From: a virus
Lineage: Duplodnaviria; Caudoviricetes
DNA: 61,095 bases
Strand: one strand, 5' to 3'
Virus record (IMG/VR): IMGVR_UViG_3300046005_000771
Location: 1 to 61,095 of that record
Shown here: one piece after another, positions 1-8,727 of the stretch
Numbering within the stretch: position 1 is the stretch's first letter
Layout: every line of letters starts with the position of its first letter
Notes under the pieces: model-generated
Seen by the model: the letters and a program-made list of their open reading frames with translations, nothing else
Told to the model about the DNA's origin: nothing
The model's database searches: none
Position numbers and translations under genes: made by a program

Positions 1-127
1 TCAACAGCTTCTTCAGTTAATGAATAAGCCAAAGCAATGGTTTCGTGTGTGTAGCGAGCTGTGTAAACTTCTTGAGCATTGTCGTATGAAACGCCAGCAC
101 CCTCAGTTTTAACAGGAGCTTCACCGA
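1..127. repeat. Terminal direct repeat, copy 1 (identical to 60969-61095); circular contig overlap
   Basis: Bases 1-127 are identical to the last 127 bases and the repeat lies inside the capsid ORF. Confidence 0.97.
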
Positions 128-284
128 AGCCTGATAACATTACTTCTTCTTCAAACGCACGGTCAGAAGTTTCAGTGTCGTATATTTGCTCGTGCTCTTT
201 TTCGTAACCCTTGTATTCCATGCCGAACAATGCGTTCAGACCTGGCTCAAGTTCTTTTACTAGTTGGGAACGTGAAATTGCCAT
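1..284 (-). CDS. Major capsid protein, 5' part (continues across the contig join into 60968-60344)
   Basis: ATG at 284 gives MAISRSQLVKELEPGLNALFGMEY..., in frame with the 60344 ORF via the terminal overlap; joined length 909 nt (302 aa). Confidence 0.9.
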   Translation of the reverse strand, partial: MAISRSQLVKELEPGLNALFGMEYKGYEKEHEQIYDTETSDRAFEEEVMLSGFGEAPVKTEGAGVSYDNAQEVYTARYTHETIALAYSLTEEAV

Positions 285-286
285 GA

Positions 287-868
287 TTAAGCTCCTTGAC
301 CAGCAACGCCAGCGCTGCCGAATAGATGTTCATTGATTTTTACAACCGCAACGGCGTTAGTGCCGAATTCGTTGCCTGGAACGTTGTATAAACCAACGAT
401 TTTCACATTCAAAGCTGCTGTGTTGGCGATAGTTGAAGAATCTAACTCCATTGCAGATTGACCTGTGGTTGTGTTGCCTGTACCAGCGACTATGTCAGCA
501 TTCTTACCAATGTCAGCTTGTACAAGGTCTTCATCACATTGAATGATGAATAATTGTGCTGGATCATCGATAACATCAGCTGTAATAGTGCCTTGAGTGA
601 TGTTTACGCTACCTGGATAGTAGTTCTTCCATACAGGTTTGCCTGTGGTTGGATCAATGTAGTTACAACCGTTGAACACGCCTACTGCTGCAGTGTGTGT
701 CGCTGGTGCAAATGCCACTAAATAACCATCAAATACTGTTACCAAGTCGCCTTGGAAAATTGCGCCTGCTTGGTTGTCTGCGATTGTGAAACCGTACTGA
801 GCTTGCGCACCAGTAGCTGAAAGGTTCCCCATTGCACGAAGACCAAAGGCTTTATCTACGTTTGCCAT
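287..868 (-). CDS. Probable capsid decoration / minor head protein
   Basis: 193 aa, Gly/Ala/Thr-rich, beta-rich, immediately upstream of the capsid gene. Confidence 0.55.
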   Translation of the reverse strand: MANVDKAFGLRAMGNLSATGAQAQYGFTIADNQAGAIFQGDLVTVFDGYLVAFAPATHTAAVGVFNGCNYIDPTTGKPVWKNYYPGSVNITQGTITADVIDDPAQLFIIQCDEDLVQADIGKNADIVAGTGNTTTGQSAMELDSSTIANTAALNVKIVGLYNVPGNEFGTNAVAVVKINEHLFGSAGVAGQGA

Positions 869-890
869 TTTGTCATTTCCTTAAATTAAG

Positions 891-1376
891 TTATTCGGAG
901 GATTTAGGTCCGCCGAACGATACACGGGTCTGACGAGTAGGATTCTGAATTCGCATGGATGAATGTCCATTTGATTTACTTAAATCGTTATCGACAGCCA
1001 ATAATTGGTCATGGGTGCGTGATTCGTAATACTCACGTCGCTCGTTTGCTGTTTCCTCTGGGATTCGTGCAAGCAATAAACCTCCCACGCTGATAACACC
1101 AGCATGTCGGCCATCGTCTACTGAAGGACTGCTAAAATCGGGGTACTCGTCGGCACGTACTAATTCATAACCTTCACGCATCTTGCCCATGACGTTAATA
1201 CGGTCTTCTTGTCCACCAGATTCTGATCTAATCCAACGGTGCTTGTATCCAGGAGGCGCAGGAGGCGCATCCAATCGTGAAGGAGGGGCCCAAGATTTAC
1301 GGCGCGCAGTTTTATCACGTGAATCTGTCTCACGTGCATTGCGGTTTAGTTTTGGTACAGCTTGTTCTTGATCCAT
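891..1376 (-). CDS. Conserved phage head-module protein
   Basis: 161 aa with WAPPSRLDAP...HRWIR...REGYELVR motif; between scaffold and capsid genes. Confidence 0.6.
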   Translation of the reverse strand: MDQEQAVPKLNRNARETDSRDKTARRKSWAPPSRLDAPPAPPGYKHRWIRSESGGQEDRINVMGKMREGYELVRADEYPDFSSPSVDDGRHAGVISVGGLLLARIPEETANERREYYESRTHDQLLAVDNDLSKSNGHSSMRIQNPTRQTRVSFGGPKSSE

Positions 1377-1380
1377 TTTA

Positions 1381-2283
1381 TTACTCCTTAACGTATTTGG
1401 CGTATTCTTCTAACGGAACACCCAATTTTTTAGCGATCGCAACTTGACTCGGTGATAACCGGACAGTGCGGCGTGCATTGTTTACTCCAGAAGATCTGGA
1501 AGCAGGCGCAACCGTTTGCACGGGTCGATTGGTCCTGGTTTTTACATTAAATTGCGTAGGAAAAGCCTCGCGCAATCTATTATTAAGCTCATCATAATAC
1601 TCATCTGAGTTTGGGTCAAATCTTTCTGCTAAAACTAATTGCTTATGAATGCCCTGAGCTGCATGTGTCATTGCCACGTTTTTGCCATACCATTCGTTTT
1701 CCTCGGCCCATGCTTCGGCTTTAGGGTCATAGACAGGACGCTGTTGTTGCACTGGTTGCTGAACTTGTTGAGGCGCTTGCTGTGCTTGTTCCTGGTTGTA
1801 TTGACGGCGTGACGTTACTTCAGAGAGGCTGCGTTGTTCCATTTGAATTTCAGTCAAACGTTCTTGCGCTTCAATCTCCGTGTCGTAGTCACCTTCTTCC
1901 CGTGCCTTACGGATAATCTGTTTTAGGGCAACAGCTTGTGTTTCAATACGACTCTGGGCTTCGCCTAGGCGAGCATTGTCAGAATTGTACGCTTGTTGCT
2001 CATAGGCCTGTGCTTTTTGCTGTACGTTTTTAGCGTACTCTAGCGCAGCCTGTTCGCGACGTTCTGTTTCGCGTAGACGAGCAGTAAGCTTGTCAATACG
2101 TTTCTTCACCTTGTCGCTGTATACATCTAATTCCTCGCCTTGCGCCTGTGTTGATTGTGTCTCAACAATAGGGGCCGCGTTGGATTCATTTTCAATCAGT
2201 TCTGAACCACCGTCGCCATCAAGCTCGACAGTAGCCGGGCTTTCGTCCTCTTCGCCTACCTTAAAGTCTAAATCATCAGCCAT
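1381..2283 (-). CDS. Capsid scaffolding protein
   Basis: Acidic N-terminus, long coiled coil, C-terminal LSPSQVAIAKKLGVPLEEYAKY helix; typical position in head module. Confidence 0.7.
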   Translation of the reverse strand: MADDLDFKVGEEDESPATVELDGDGGSELIENESNAAPIVETQSTQAQGEELDVYSDKVKKRIDKLTARLRETERREQAALEYAKNVQQKAQAYEQQAYNSDNARLGEAQSRIETQAVALKQIIRKAREEGDYDTEIEAQERLTEIQMEQRSLSEVTSRRQYNQEQAQQAPQQVQQPVQQQRPVYDPKAEAWAEENEWYGKNVAMTHAAQGIHKQLVLAERFDPNSDEYYDELNNRLREAFPTQFNVKTRTNRPVQTVAPASRSSGVNNARRTVRLSPSQVAIAKKLGVPLEEYAKYVKE

Positions 2284-2296
2284 AACTTTCTACTCC

Positions 2297-2779
2297 TTAC
2301 ATATGCAAGATGTCTTCAGGGGAATTTACAATACCCAAGATTTCATCATCGTTTAAAAATCGGATTTCACCACCATCGATAGAAATACGTGAACCTGCGT
2401 ACCTGCCAAAGATAATCCAGTCGCCTTCTTTGCACCATGCGCCGAATGGGAATTTGGATTCGTCCTTGTAGGCTAAATCACCCAAACTTATTACATAGCC
2501 GCAATTCGTAGCCAGCTGTGTACGTTTCTGAGTTTCTTCTGCTATCACAATACCGCTCTTCGTGCGTTCTGCGCCACGATAAGGCAATATTGCTACCCGC
2601 CATCCTGTAGGTCGAGGAATACGGCTTATGGCCTCCTCTGGTATCAGTGTTGGGTCGAACTGGCCTTGTTCATCGTAAGCATCGTCAATAGATGACGGCT
2701 TATTCTGCTCATTCTCAAGCCACTTCTTTTCTAGCGCTGTTAGGTTCTTTACTTCTTCTTCTGCCATAAGGGTCTCCAC
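2297..2779 (-). CDS. groES: GroES-like co-chaperonin (start may be ATG 2767)
   Basis: PTGWRVAI..., TKSGIVI, KEGDWIIFGRYAG, RFLNDDEILGIV match the Cpn10 signature. Confidence 0.85.
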   Translation of the reverse strand: METLMAEEEVKNLTALEKKWLENEQNKPSSIDDAYDEQGQFDPTLIPEEAISRIPRPTGWRVAILPYRGAERTKSGIVIAEETQKRTQLATNCGYVISLGDLAYKDESKFPFGAWCKEGDWIIFGRYAGSRISIDGGEIRFLNDDEILGIVNSPEDILHM

Positions 2780-2781
2780 GG

Positions 2782-2976
2782 TTAAAAATCTATGTCATCA
2801 GGATTAGAATTCAAGGAGTCCTTGATCATATCCTCTACGAGTTTTAAGCCTTCTAGACGCCCCATCATAAAGCGATAACGCTCCATGTTAGCAATGGTTC
2901 CGTTCAGCACAATGCCTTCGGAGTCCGACTGTAACTTTCTAACTTCCTTAAGAAGTCTTTCTGCATATTCAAGCAT
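2782..2976 (-). CDS. Small conserved hypothetical protein
   Basis: 64 aa ORF with RBS, YRFMMGRLEGL motif, in operon upstream of groES. Confidence 0.6.
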   Translation of the reverse strand: MLEYAERLLKEVRKLQSDSEGIVLNGTIANMERYRFMMGRLEGLKLVEDMIKDSLNSNPDDIDF

Positions 2977-3034
2977 GGTTCAATCTTCCATGTAAAAGGC
3001 AGACGATCAAGAGCCCTCGTCTGTAGGCTTAAAA

Positions 3035-3307
3035 CTATTTACAATTCCAGCGTTTTAATGACGCTGCTTTCCTTGTTGGGCGGCCTTTATCATCGACCAT
3101 AGGGCCAGGCATGCCTGACATCCTTGCGCAGAAGGACTTACGTCGAGCTGCGTCTTTCTTTGTCTTAGGATTAGGAGCAGGCGCCTTTAAGTTAGAGCCT
3201 GTTTCCTTGTTATACTTTGCACGGCCTTTAGCAGTAAGCCCTGCGCCTTTCGACACAGGAAGCTTCTCACCACGGCCCACGGCTAACGATACAGTCTTCT
3301 TTACCAT
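3035..3307 (-). CDS. Small basic protein
   Basis: Lys/Arg-rich, GLTAKGRAKYN...RRKSFCARM...SLKRWNC. Confidence 0.6.
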   Translation of the reverse strand: MVKKTVSLAVGRGEKLPVSKGAGLTAKGRAKYNKETGSNLKAPAPNPKTKKDAARRKSFCARMSGMPGPMVDDKGRPTRKAASLKRWNCK

Positions 3308-3308
3308 G

Positions 3309-3551
3309 TTAGCAAATCTTCACTCGTTTATTGCCGTCTTTTTTCTTGACGTAAGTTACGCTGCTCGCCATGGCATCGCCGCCTTTTTTCATTTTAACTG
3401 GCTTAACCTTGGCCGTCTTAGCTGATTGCTTAAACGCCTTTGCAGTAGGAGCGCCCTTAGTGCCAGGCTTCCTCATCGTCTCGCCAGAGCCTTCTGCTAT
3501 GCGCTCACGCTTAGCATTAATATTTGCATACAAACCTGGTTTAGCTGCCAT
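3309..3551 (-). CDS. Small basic protein with MKKGG motif
   Basis: GLYANINAKRERI...MRKPG; overlaps portal stop; carries KMKKGG. Confidence 0.6.
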   Translation of the reverse strand: MAAKPGLYANINAKRERIAEGSGETMRKPGTKGAPTAKAFKQSAKTAKVKPVKMKKGGDAMASSVTYVKKKDGNKRVKIC

Positions 3552-5940
3552 TATTTTCTCCTTGAGCTTGCTGTTGTTGACCTAACATCTGTTGTTCCAT
3601 AATGGCCAACCGCTCACGGGCAATAGCAGCACGTTCCTCTGCAATTGCATCCTGCGATGCAATACTGGCCTTGTCATCTTGCGCTTCTTGGTTCAATTTT
3701 TCTTGCTGGAGTGCCAAGCTCTTCTCTTTAGCCGCTGCATCCGCCGCGTCAGCCTTAGCACGTTGATCCAACTCTTGTTTCTTGAGCTCAACGACTGGGT
3801 CTGTAGGTGGTTGATTCGCTCCAGAGATTTCATCTTGCATTGTTTTAACGTCAGCCATGGATTGCGCTACTTTCAATGCAATCATGCCTTCTTTTTGGAT
3901 TATTGACACCATGCCATCTGGATCCGTACCGTATGCCTTGAACAATTCTGCTTCCACGTCCTCTTCAGCCTTGATACGGATGTGTTGTAGGATATGTTTC
4001 TGCAAGATAGCAGCAGACATAGGATTAGCTTGCAACATCGGTGACATACCCATGCGTAAGTGCGCTTCAATGTGTGCATCATGCTGTTGGCCAGCAAATG
4101 CTTTCAATTCCATCGTATCCAACACGTCAGCATTCTCTGTCGCGGGGTCCTTGGGCATTTGTGAGCTCTGTGGACGCAATATACCGTCGATATCACGCAC
4201 GTTCAGGGCTGTGTAGACCCGGTAGTATGCCTCGTACATGTTATGCATCTGTGGGGCCGCCTGCGCAAGCTGTAGCTGTGTTTGTGCAAGGGTTATACGC
4301 TGTGCTGTAGAGAATATGTTAGGGTCGGCAACAGGAAGCACTGCCACCATGTTGTCAAAGTCTGCTTTTTTAATCTTACGACTGGCACCTGGCACGTCAT
4401 AAGGGTACTCTTTAGGTAAGTACTCACCAAAGCCCTGTGCAAGCAATTGGAATTCTAGTTTTTGTGCGTAGTGCAAGCGTTTATGGATGGCAGACATCAC
4501 CATTGAGCCGCGCTCTAGCAATGCAATCGTTGTTCCGACCGCTGCGTTCTGATTACCGTCACCAACTTGCATGTCCGCGATGCTTGCAAGGCGTTTACCA
4601 GCGTCTACAGTGAAGCCTAATAACTGGAATAGTGTTTGGCTAGGCTCTTTATACGGTAATGGCAATAGTGATGACTGCAATTCAGCGCCACCAGCGTCAA
4701 TATCACGCCATTCGCCGGGTTGGATAGGTGTATCCGTGTCCGCGATCCGTGCGCCTTTGGCCTTGAACCCTGCTGGTAGGTTAGAGAACGTACCTGCGTC
4801 AATCAATTGACGTAATGCAGACGTTGCTGTTTTCGATAAGCTGCCGATTAAGTGAACAAAGCCCAAGCCATACGCACCAAGGCCCTCGATCAACACATAA
4901 TGCACAAAATAATTGCGACGACGTTTCAATTCGTCGCCTTCTTTCCAGTTACGACGCACGCCAAGCACTTTACCGCTCACTTCGTCAAGCGTTACGACGT
5001 ATGGAAGCTTAATTCCTGTGATTTCACCGTCTTCGTCGGTGTCTTCGAAGCCTGGAATGTCATAATCCACTTGGAATTCAAGCAAAAATACTTCTTCGGC
5101 TTGGTCAGAAGGGCTTAAACCTGTTTGACGGTCCACGCCTTCTTGAATTTGGTCTTGATTTGGGTCAGAACTTTCTGCTTGGATGTCTAAATCCAAGTAT
5201 TCGCCAGCAACAACGCGCTTTCTGAACTCGTTTGCGTCCATTGGCACGCGGTGCGTGATCCGTGGGCATTGGCTCATGACGCTTGAGCCGGTGTAAGGGA
5301 TGTATAAGTCGTCAGCAAGCACTAACTTGCTGACCATTCTGTCTAATTGTGCATTAAAATACACTTTTTTGAACACAGAACCACCGTAACCCAGGTAGAA
5401 AAGTGCTTGGTCCATCTCTGGCGTGTACTCTTCCATCACTGTGGTCAGTTCGTAGTTCATAAAATCTTGAACACGTGACGCTTGCTGTAGTTTTTCTATC
5501 GTTTCCTTGCCCAAAACCTGAGTTCTAACAGGTCCGTCTGCCGGCATTAGCTCCTTCATCGCTTGCGATTGGAACTGGACTACCGCTTCTGTCAACATTG
5601 GATGCACTGCACCGGCTGCGCCACGGAATGGCTTGGTGCGTTCTTCGACTTTCAAGCCTAACAGCTCAAGGCCCTTGGCATACACCTGTTCCCAGTCACT
5701 ACGAGACGCCTTGTCGGCCTCAAATAATGCCAATAAGTCTATTGACATACGGTTTAAATCGTCTTCGTCAATGACTTCTGCTAGGTTGGCGTAGAATTCT
5801 ACGTCGTTTGCTTCGTCTTCACCTATCTCAACCGTAGCACTGCCGTCGTCTTCCAAGACTATTTCGATTTCGGGCATGCCTTCCTGATCAATCTCAATGG
5901 ATGTCTCAGGGGCTTGGTTAACTACTTTGTCAATTGGCAT
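3541..5940 (-). CDS. Portal protein
   Basis: 799 aa; RSDWE...GLELLG, HPMLTEAVVQFQ, GSVFKKVYF, LRQLIDAG..NLPAGFK, C-terminal coiled coil; downstream of terminase. Confidence 0.88.
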   Translation of the reverse strand: MPIDKVVNQAPETSIEIDQEGMPEIEIVLEDDGSATVEIGEDEANDVEFYANLAEVIDEDDLNRMSIDLLALFEADKASRSDWEQVYAKGLELLGLKVEERTKPFRGAAGAVHPMLTEAVVQFQSQAMKELMPADGPVRTQVLGKETIEKLQQASRVQDFMNYELTTVMEEYTPEMDQALFYLGYGGSVFKKVYFNAQLDRMVSKLVLADDLYIPYTGSSVMSQCPRITHRVPMDANEFRKRVVAGEYLDLDIQAESSDPNQDQIQEGVDRQTGLSPSDQAEEVFLLEFQVDYDIPGFEDTDEDGEITGIKLPYVVTLDEVSGKVLGVRRNWKEGDELKRRRNYFVHYVLIEGLGAYGLGFVHLIGSLSKTATSALRQLIDAGTFSNLPAGFKAKGARIADTDTPIQPGEWRDIDAGGAELQSSLLPLPYKEPSQTLFQLLGFTVDAGKRLASIADMQVGDGNQNAAVGTTIALLERGSMVMSAIHKRLHYAQKLEFQLLAQGFGEYLPKEYPYDVPGASRKIKKADFDNMVAVLPVADPNIFSTAQRITLAQTQLQLAQAAPQMHNMYEAYYRVYTALNVRDIDGILRPQSSQMPKDPATENADVLDTMELKAFAGQQHDAHIEAHLRMGMSPMLQANPMSAAILQKHILQHIRIKAEEDVEAELFKAYGTDPDGMVSIIQKEGMIALKVAQSMADVKTMQDEISGANQPPTDPVVELKKQELDQRAKADAADAAAKEKSLALQQEKLNQEAQDDKASIASQDAIAEERAAIARERLAIMEQQMLGQQQQAQGENNGS

Positions 5941-5999
5941 AGGATTCTCGTCCGAGTATTTTCCGTAGTGTACTCGGTATTGCAGGGTTTACGCAAGTG

Positions 6000-8681
6000 T
6001 TACTTCTTAGATTTAATAAAGTCCGTTACTTCACCGCCGTGCTTAAATGGTTCAGGCATAGGCAAAGTTACATCAGGAAATGATTGCGGCGCTACGCTAG
6101 GGTTTAGCCCTAGTCGCGCTCTTAATGCGTCTATGTAATCTTCTTTATATTCCCGTGCTTTTTGAGAGGTGAGATTGTAACTAGGTTGCAGTTCAATTAG
6201 TGTTGATTTATCCCCAAGCTTGGCTAAAGCCCTTGTTCTATGTCTTCCTTCATGTCCTGAAATGCGAATACCTCCAGACGCTGCTTCGCTCAAACCTAGA
6301 AAAGGTATTTCTTTTAAACCAGACTCACGCGCAACTTTCGCTAAATAATCAATGTATTCAGCTTGAGTCATTGACGTATCCGGTCCTGAAGCAATTCCCC
6401 TTAATGAATATCCTCTATCTTGTGAATAACCAGGGGGAATAGGGCTTGCGTATTCTTCAAAATATTTAGGGTCTAACACCATTAAGGCCTGCGGATTACT
6501 TCTATCCATCAACAGTCTTTCTAACGCTTTTTCGCTATATTGATTTTCAAGGTTAGGGACCTCATCTGCTGCGCGCTCTGCACGGCGGCCCATGTATTCG
6601 CCTCGTTCATTTTTAACCTTATTAATCAATGCACTAATGCTACCGCGTTCAGGCACAATAATATTTGGGGCGTTTAAATTCTCTGCCTTACTGAGTTCTT
6701 CAAGTGCTTCACGCTTAGCAGATATTTCGTTTAAATCGCCCATGTAAACATAACTGGTGCCTTTTAAATCTGGGTACTCTTCCTCTATAGCCTTTTTAAG
6801 TTTTCTAAAGGCCACTGTTCTACGGCGATTTTTTTCGCCTGTTGTGACTGTATTATCCACTTTAGCTGCATTTAAAAATTCAAAGTTAGGGTCGTCATAT
6901 TTTCTAACCGTTTCATGCAAGTCCCATATTTTTTTAGGTACTCCCTCCGGAGGATGGGCATTAGATAACTCTTTTGCACCTTTTACGTACTTAGTAATGT
7001 TAGGGATCAAAGGTAACGCACCTGCAGCGCCAAGTCCAGCCCCTACGTAGTCTTTATCCTTGAATGCCTGATAGCCTTCTGCTGCGGATTGGATATCACC
7101 TGACACTGGAATAAACGAATTGATAAACAACGCCACGTCCTTGGCACTGATATCCTCGTTCTTTAACCCCTGCATGATAGCGTCAAGGTTTTCTTTGACC
7201 CTGCTCTTTTCAGGCTTGTCTGCTGTTACGTCAATAGATTTAAGGGTTCGGACGTTCTCGCTTGATACGTCTCCTCCGTCTTCAAACTTTTTTGGTTTTT
7301 TAGGCTTTGCAATAGTCTTAGCTTGACCTGACTTGATTGCCTGCAGCGCTTGGTAGGCCATGTCTGCCTTGTCCTTGGACCGTAATCCAATGTCCATGCC
7401 CCGCGCGTCATTGGCCACGTCCATCGCCTGCTCTTCATCTGACTGTCCGCCAGTGAGCCAGTTCTCGTGGATATAGCTTGCAATCTCAGCAGGTGTCCTG
7501 CCGTACTTCTTCGCTATCTGTGCCTGCAACAACATATGACGCATCGCGTCACCACGACCGTCTAGCTGCTCGTCCTTAGGAAAGTAGAACTCAGGGATAG
7601 CATTGGCAAACTTAACCTCTTCGCCAAGGCCTAATAACCCTGCCATCGCTTCCTGGCCTTTACGTCCCCAACGCGCTACGGTATCCGCATACTCATTTGG
7701 ATGGCCTACTTCTTTTTTATTCGTAGGAGTGACGTCGATAGAGCGAAGGGTTCGGTCATTTTCGTTTGCTACTTCACCGCCGTCTTCAAAACGCTTGGTG
7801 TAACGCACGCCAGCATTGTAGTAGTCCTTGCCGTCCTTTTGGGGCACATACACGCCTTCAGCTGACACGTCACTAGTCGGACTCAGCTCCTTACGGATAG
7901 CACCCGTGATCACAGGCTGCTTAGTTTCAGGGTCGTACACATACTGCACTTCGTAATTGCCTATACGACCACGGCCCACGAAACTCGCACCCACTTGACT
8001 TAACCTCTTTCCGCCTACATCCACGTCAGCAAATGCCTGAAAACCGTCCACATCCTTACTCACACGTGTGTCATATTTGCCCTGTCCCCTTGACGAGCGT
8101 ACTTCTTGCACGTCTACAGGGCCCGCTTTGGTACGTGAGTTTTCCAATAAGAACTGTTCAAGGTCCATGGCCCGCGGGTCTTGGCCCGCTACCGCCTCAC
8201 CACCGTCCTCAAACGAGCTTACCCCTGCATGTCCTGCCAAATTATAGGCTTCTGGATTGGCAAAGGCACGGATGCCTCCTACTCTAGCCAATGCCTTATT
8301 CTGCGCTGCCGCAGCCAATTGTGCCTGATAGGCGTTTATATCCAACTCCCCTTGTGCCGTAGGAAGGGTAGGCGCTGTCGGCTCCGCTATGCCAGCATAT
8401 GCAGCCTCTGTTTTCCCTGCATTCCAGTCCGCCACCCACTTATTGTATGCGTCCGAGTATGCAGCATGGTCCGTTGCATACTGATTGTGTGCATTAAAAT
8501 AAGCTTTGTCCTCTGCTTTTAACTTAGGCTTTACGCTTCTTGCTGCCGCATATAACATCCCACCCGTGTCTTCCACTACACCACCTGCCGCCATCTTAGC
8601 TGGCTGACTAATCCCAAGGGATGCATAGGACTGCTGTACACGCTTTTCGTAGTCGTTGTCAAAGGGCAGAGTGTTGTTCAT
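6000..8681 (-). CDS. Large modular (polyvalent / polymorphic-effector-like) protein with [F/M]xxGG-delimited modules
   Basis: 893 aa; five [F/M]xxGG motifs separate a beta-strand module, a DAMRH helical module, a pre-toxin-TG-like hairpin and a ParB-like GHEGRHR module. Confidence 0.6.
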   Translation of the reverse strand: MNNTLPFDNDYEKRVQQSYASLGISQPAKMAAGGVVEDTGGMLYAAARSVKPKLKAEDKAYFNAHNQYATDHAAYSDAYNKWVADWNAGKTEAAYAGIAEPTAPTLPTAQGELDINAYQAQLAAAAQNKALARVGGIRAFANPEAYNLAGHAGVSSFEDGGEAVAGQDPRAMDLEQFLLENSRTKAGPVDVQEVRSSRGQGKYDTRVSKDVDGFQAFADVDVGGKRLSQVGASFVGRGRIGNYEVQYVYDPETKQPVITGAIRKELSPTSDVSAEGVYVPQKDGKDYYNAGVRYTKRFEDGGEVANENDRTLRSIDVTPTNKKEVGHPNEYADTVARWGRKGQEAMAGLLGLGEEVKFANAIPEFYFPKDEQLDGRGDAMRHMLLQAQIAKKYGRTPAEIASYIHENWLTGGQSDEEQAMDVANDARGMDIGLRSKDKADMAYQALQAIKSGQAKTIAKPKKPKKFEDGGDVSSENVRTLKSIDVTADKPEKSRVKENLDAIMQGLKNEDISAKDVALFINSFIPVSGDIQSAAEGYQAFKDKDYVGAGLGAAGALPLIPNITKYVKGAKELSNAHPPEGVPKKIWDLHETVRKYDDPNFEFLNAAKVDNTVTTGEKNRRRTVAFRKLKKAIEEEYPDLKGTSYVYMGDLNEISAKREALEELSKAENLNAPNIIVPERGSISALINKVKNERGEYMGRRAERAADEVPNLENQYSEKALERLLMDRSNPQALMVLDPKYFEEYASPIPPGYSQDRGYSLRGIASGPDTSMTQAEYIDYLAKVARESGLKEIPFLGLSEAASGGIRISGHEGRHRTRALAKLGDKSTLIELQPSYNLTSQKAREYKEDYIDALRARLGLNPSVAPQSFPDVTLPMPEPFKHGGEVTDFIKSKK

Positions 8682-8727
8682 TCGTTAGTCCTAAAAGTCT
8701 TGTTGCAATATTTCCTAATTGTAGTCC

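Noticed and set aside
1-127. 127-bp terminal repeat as a biological direct terminal repeat
   Set aside because: It falls in the middle of the capsid gene and its length matches a common assembler k-mer, so it is most likely a circular assembly overlap.
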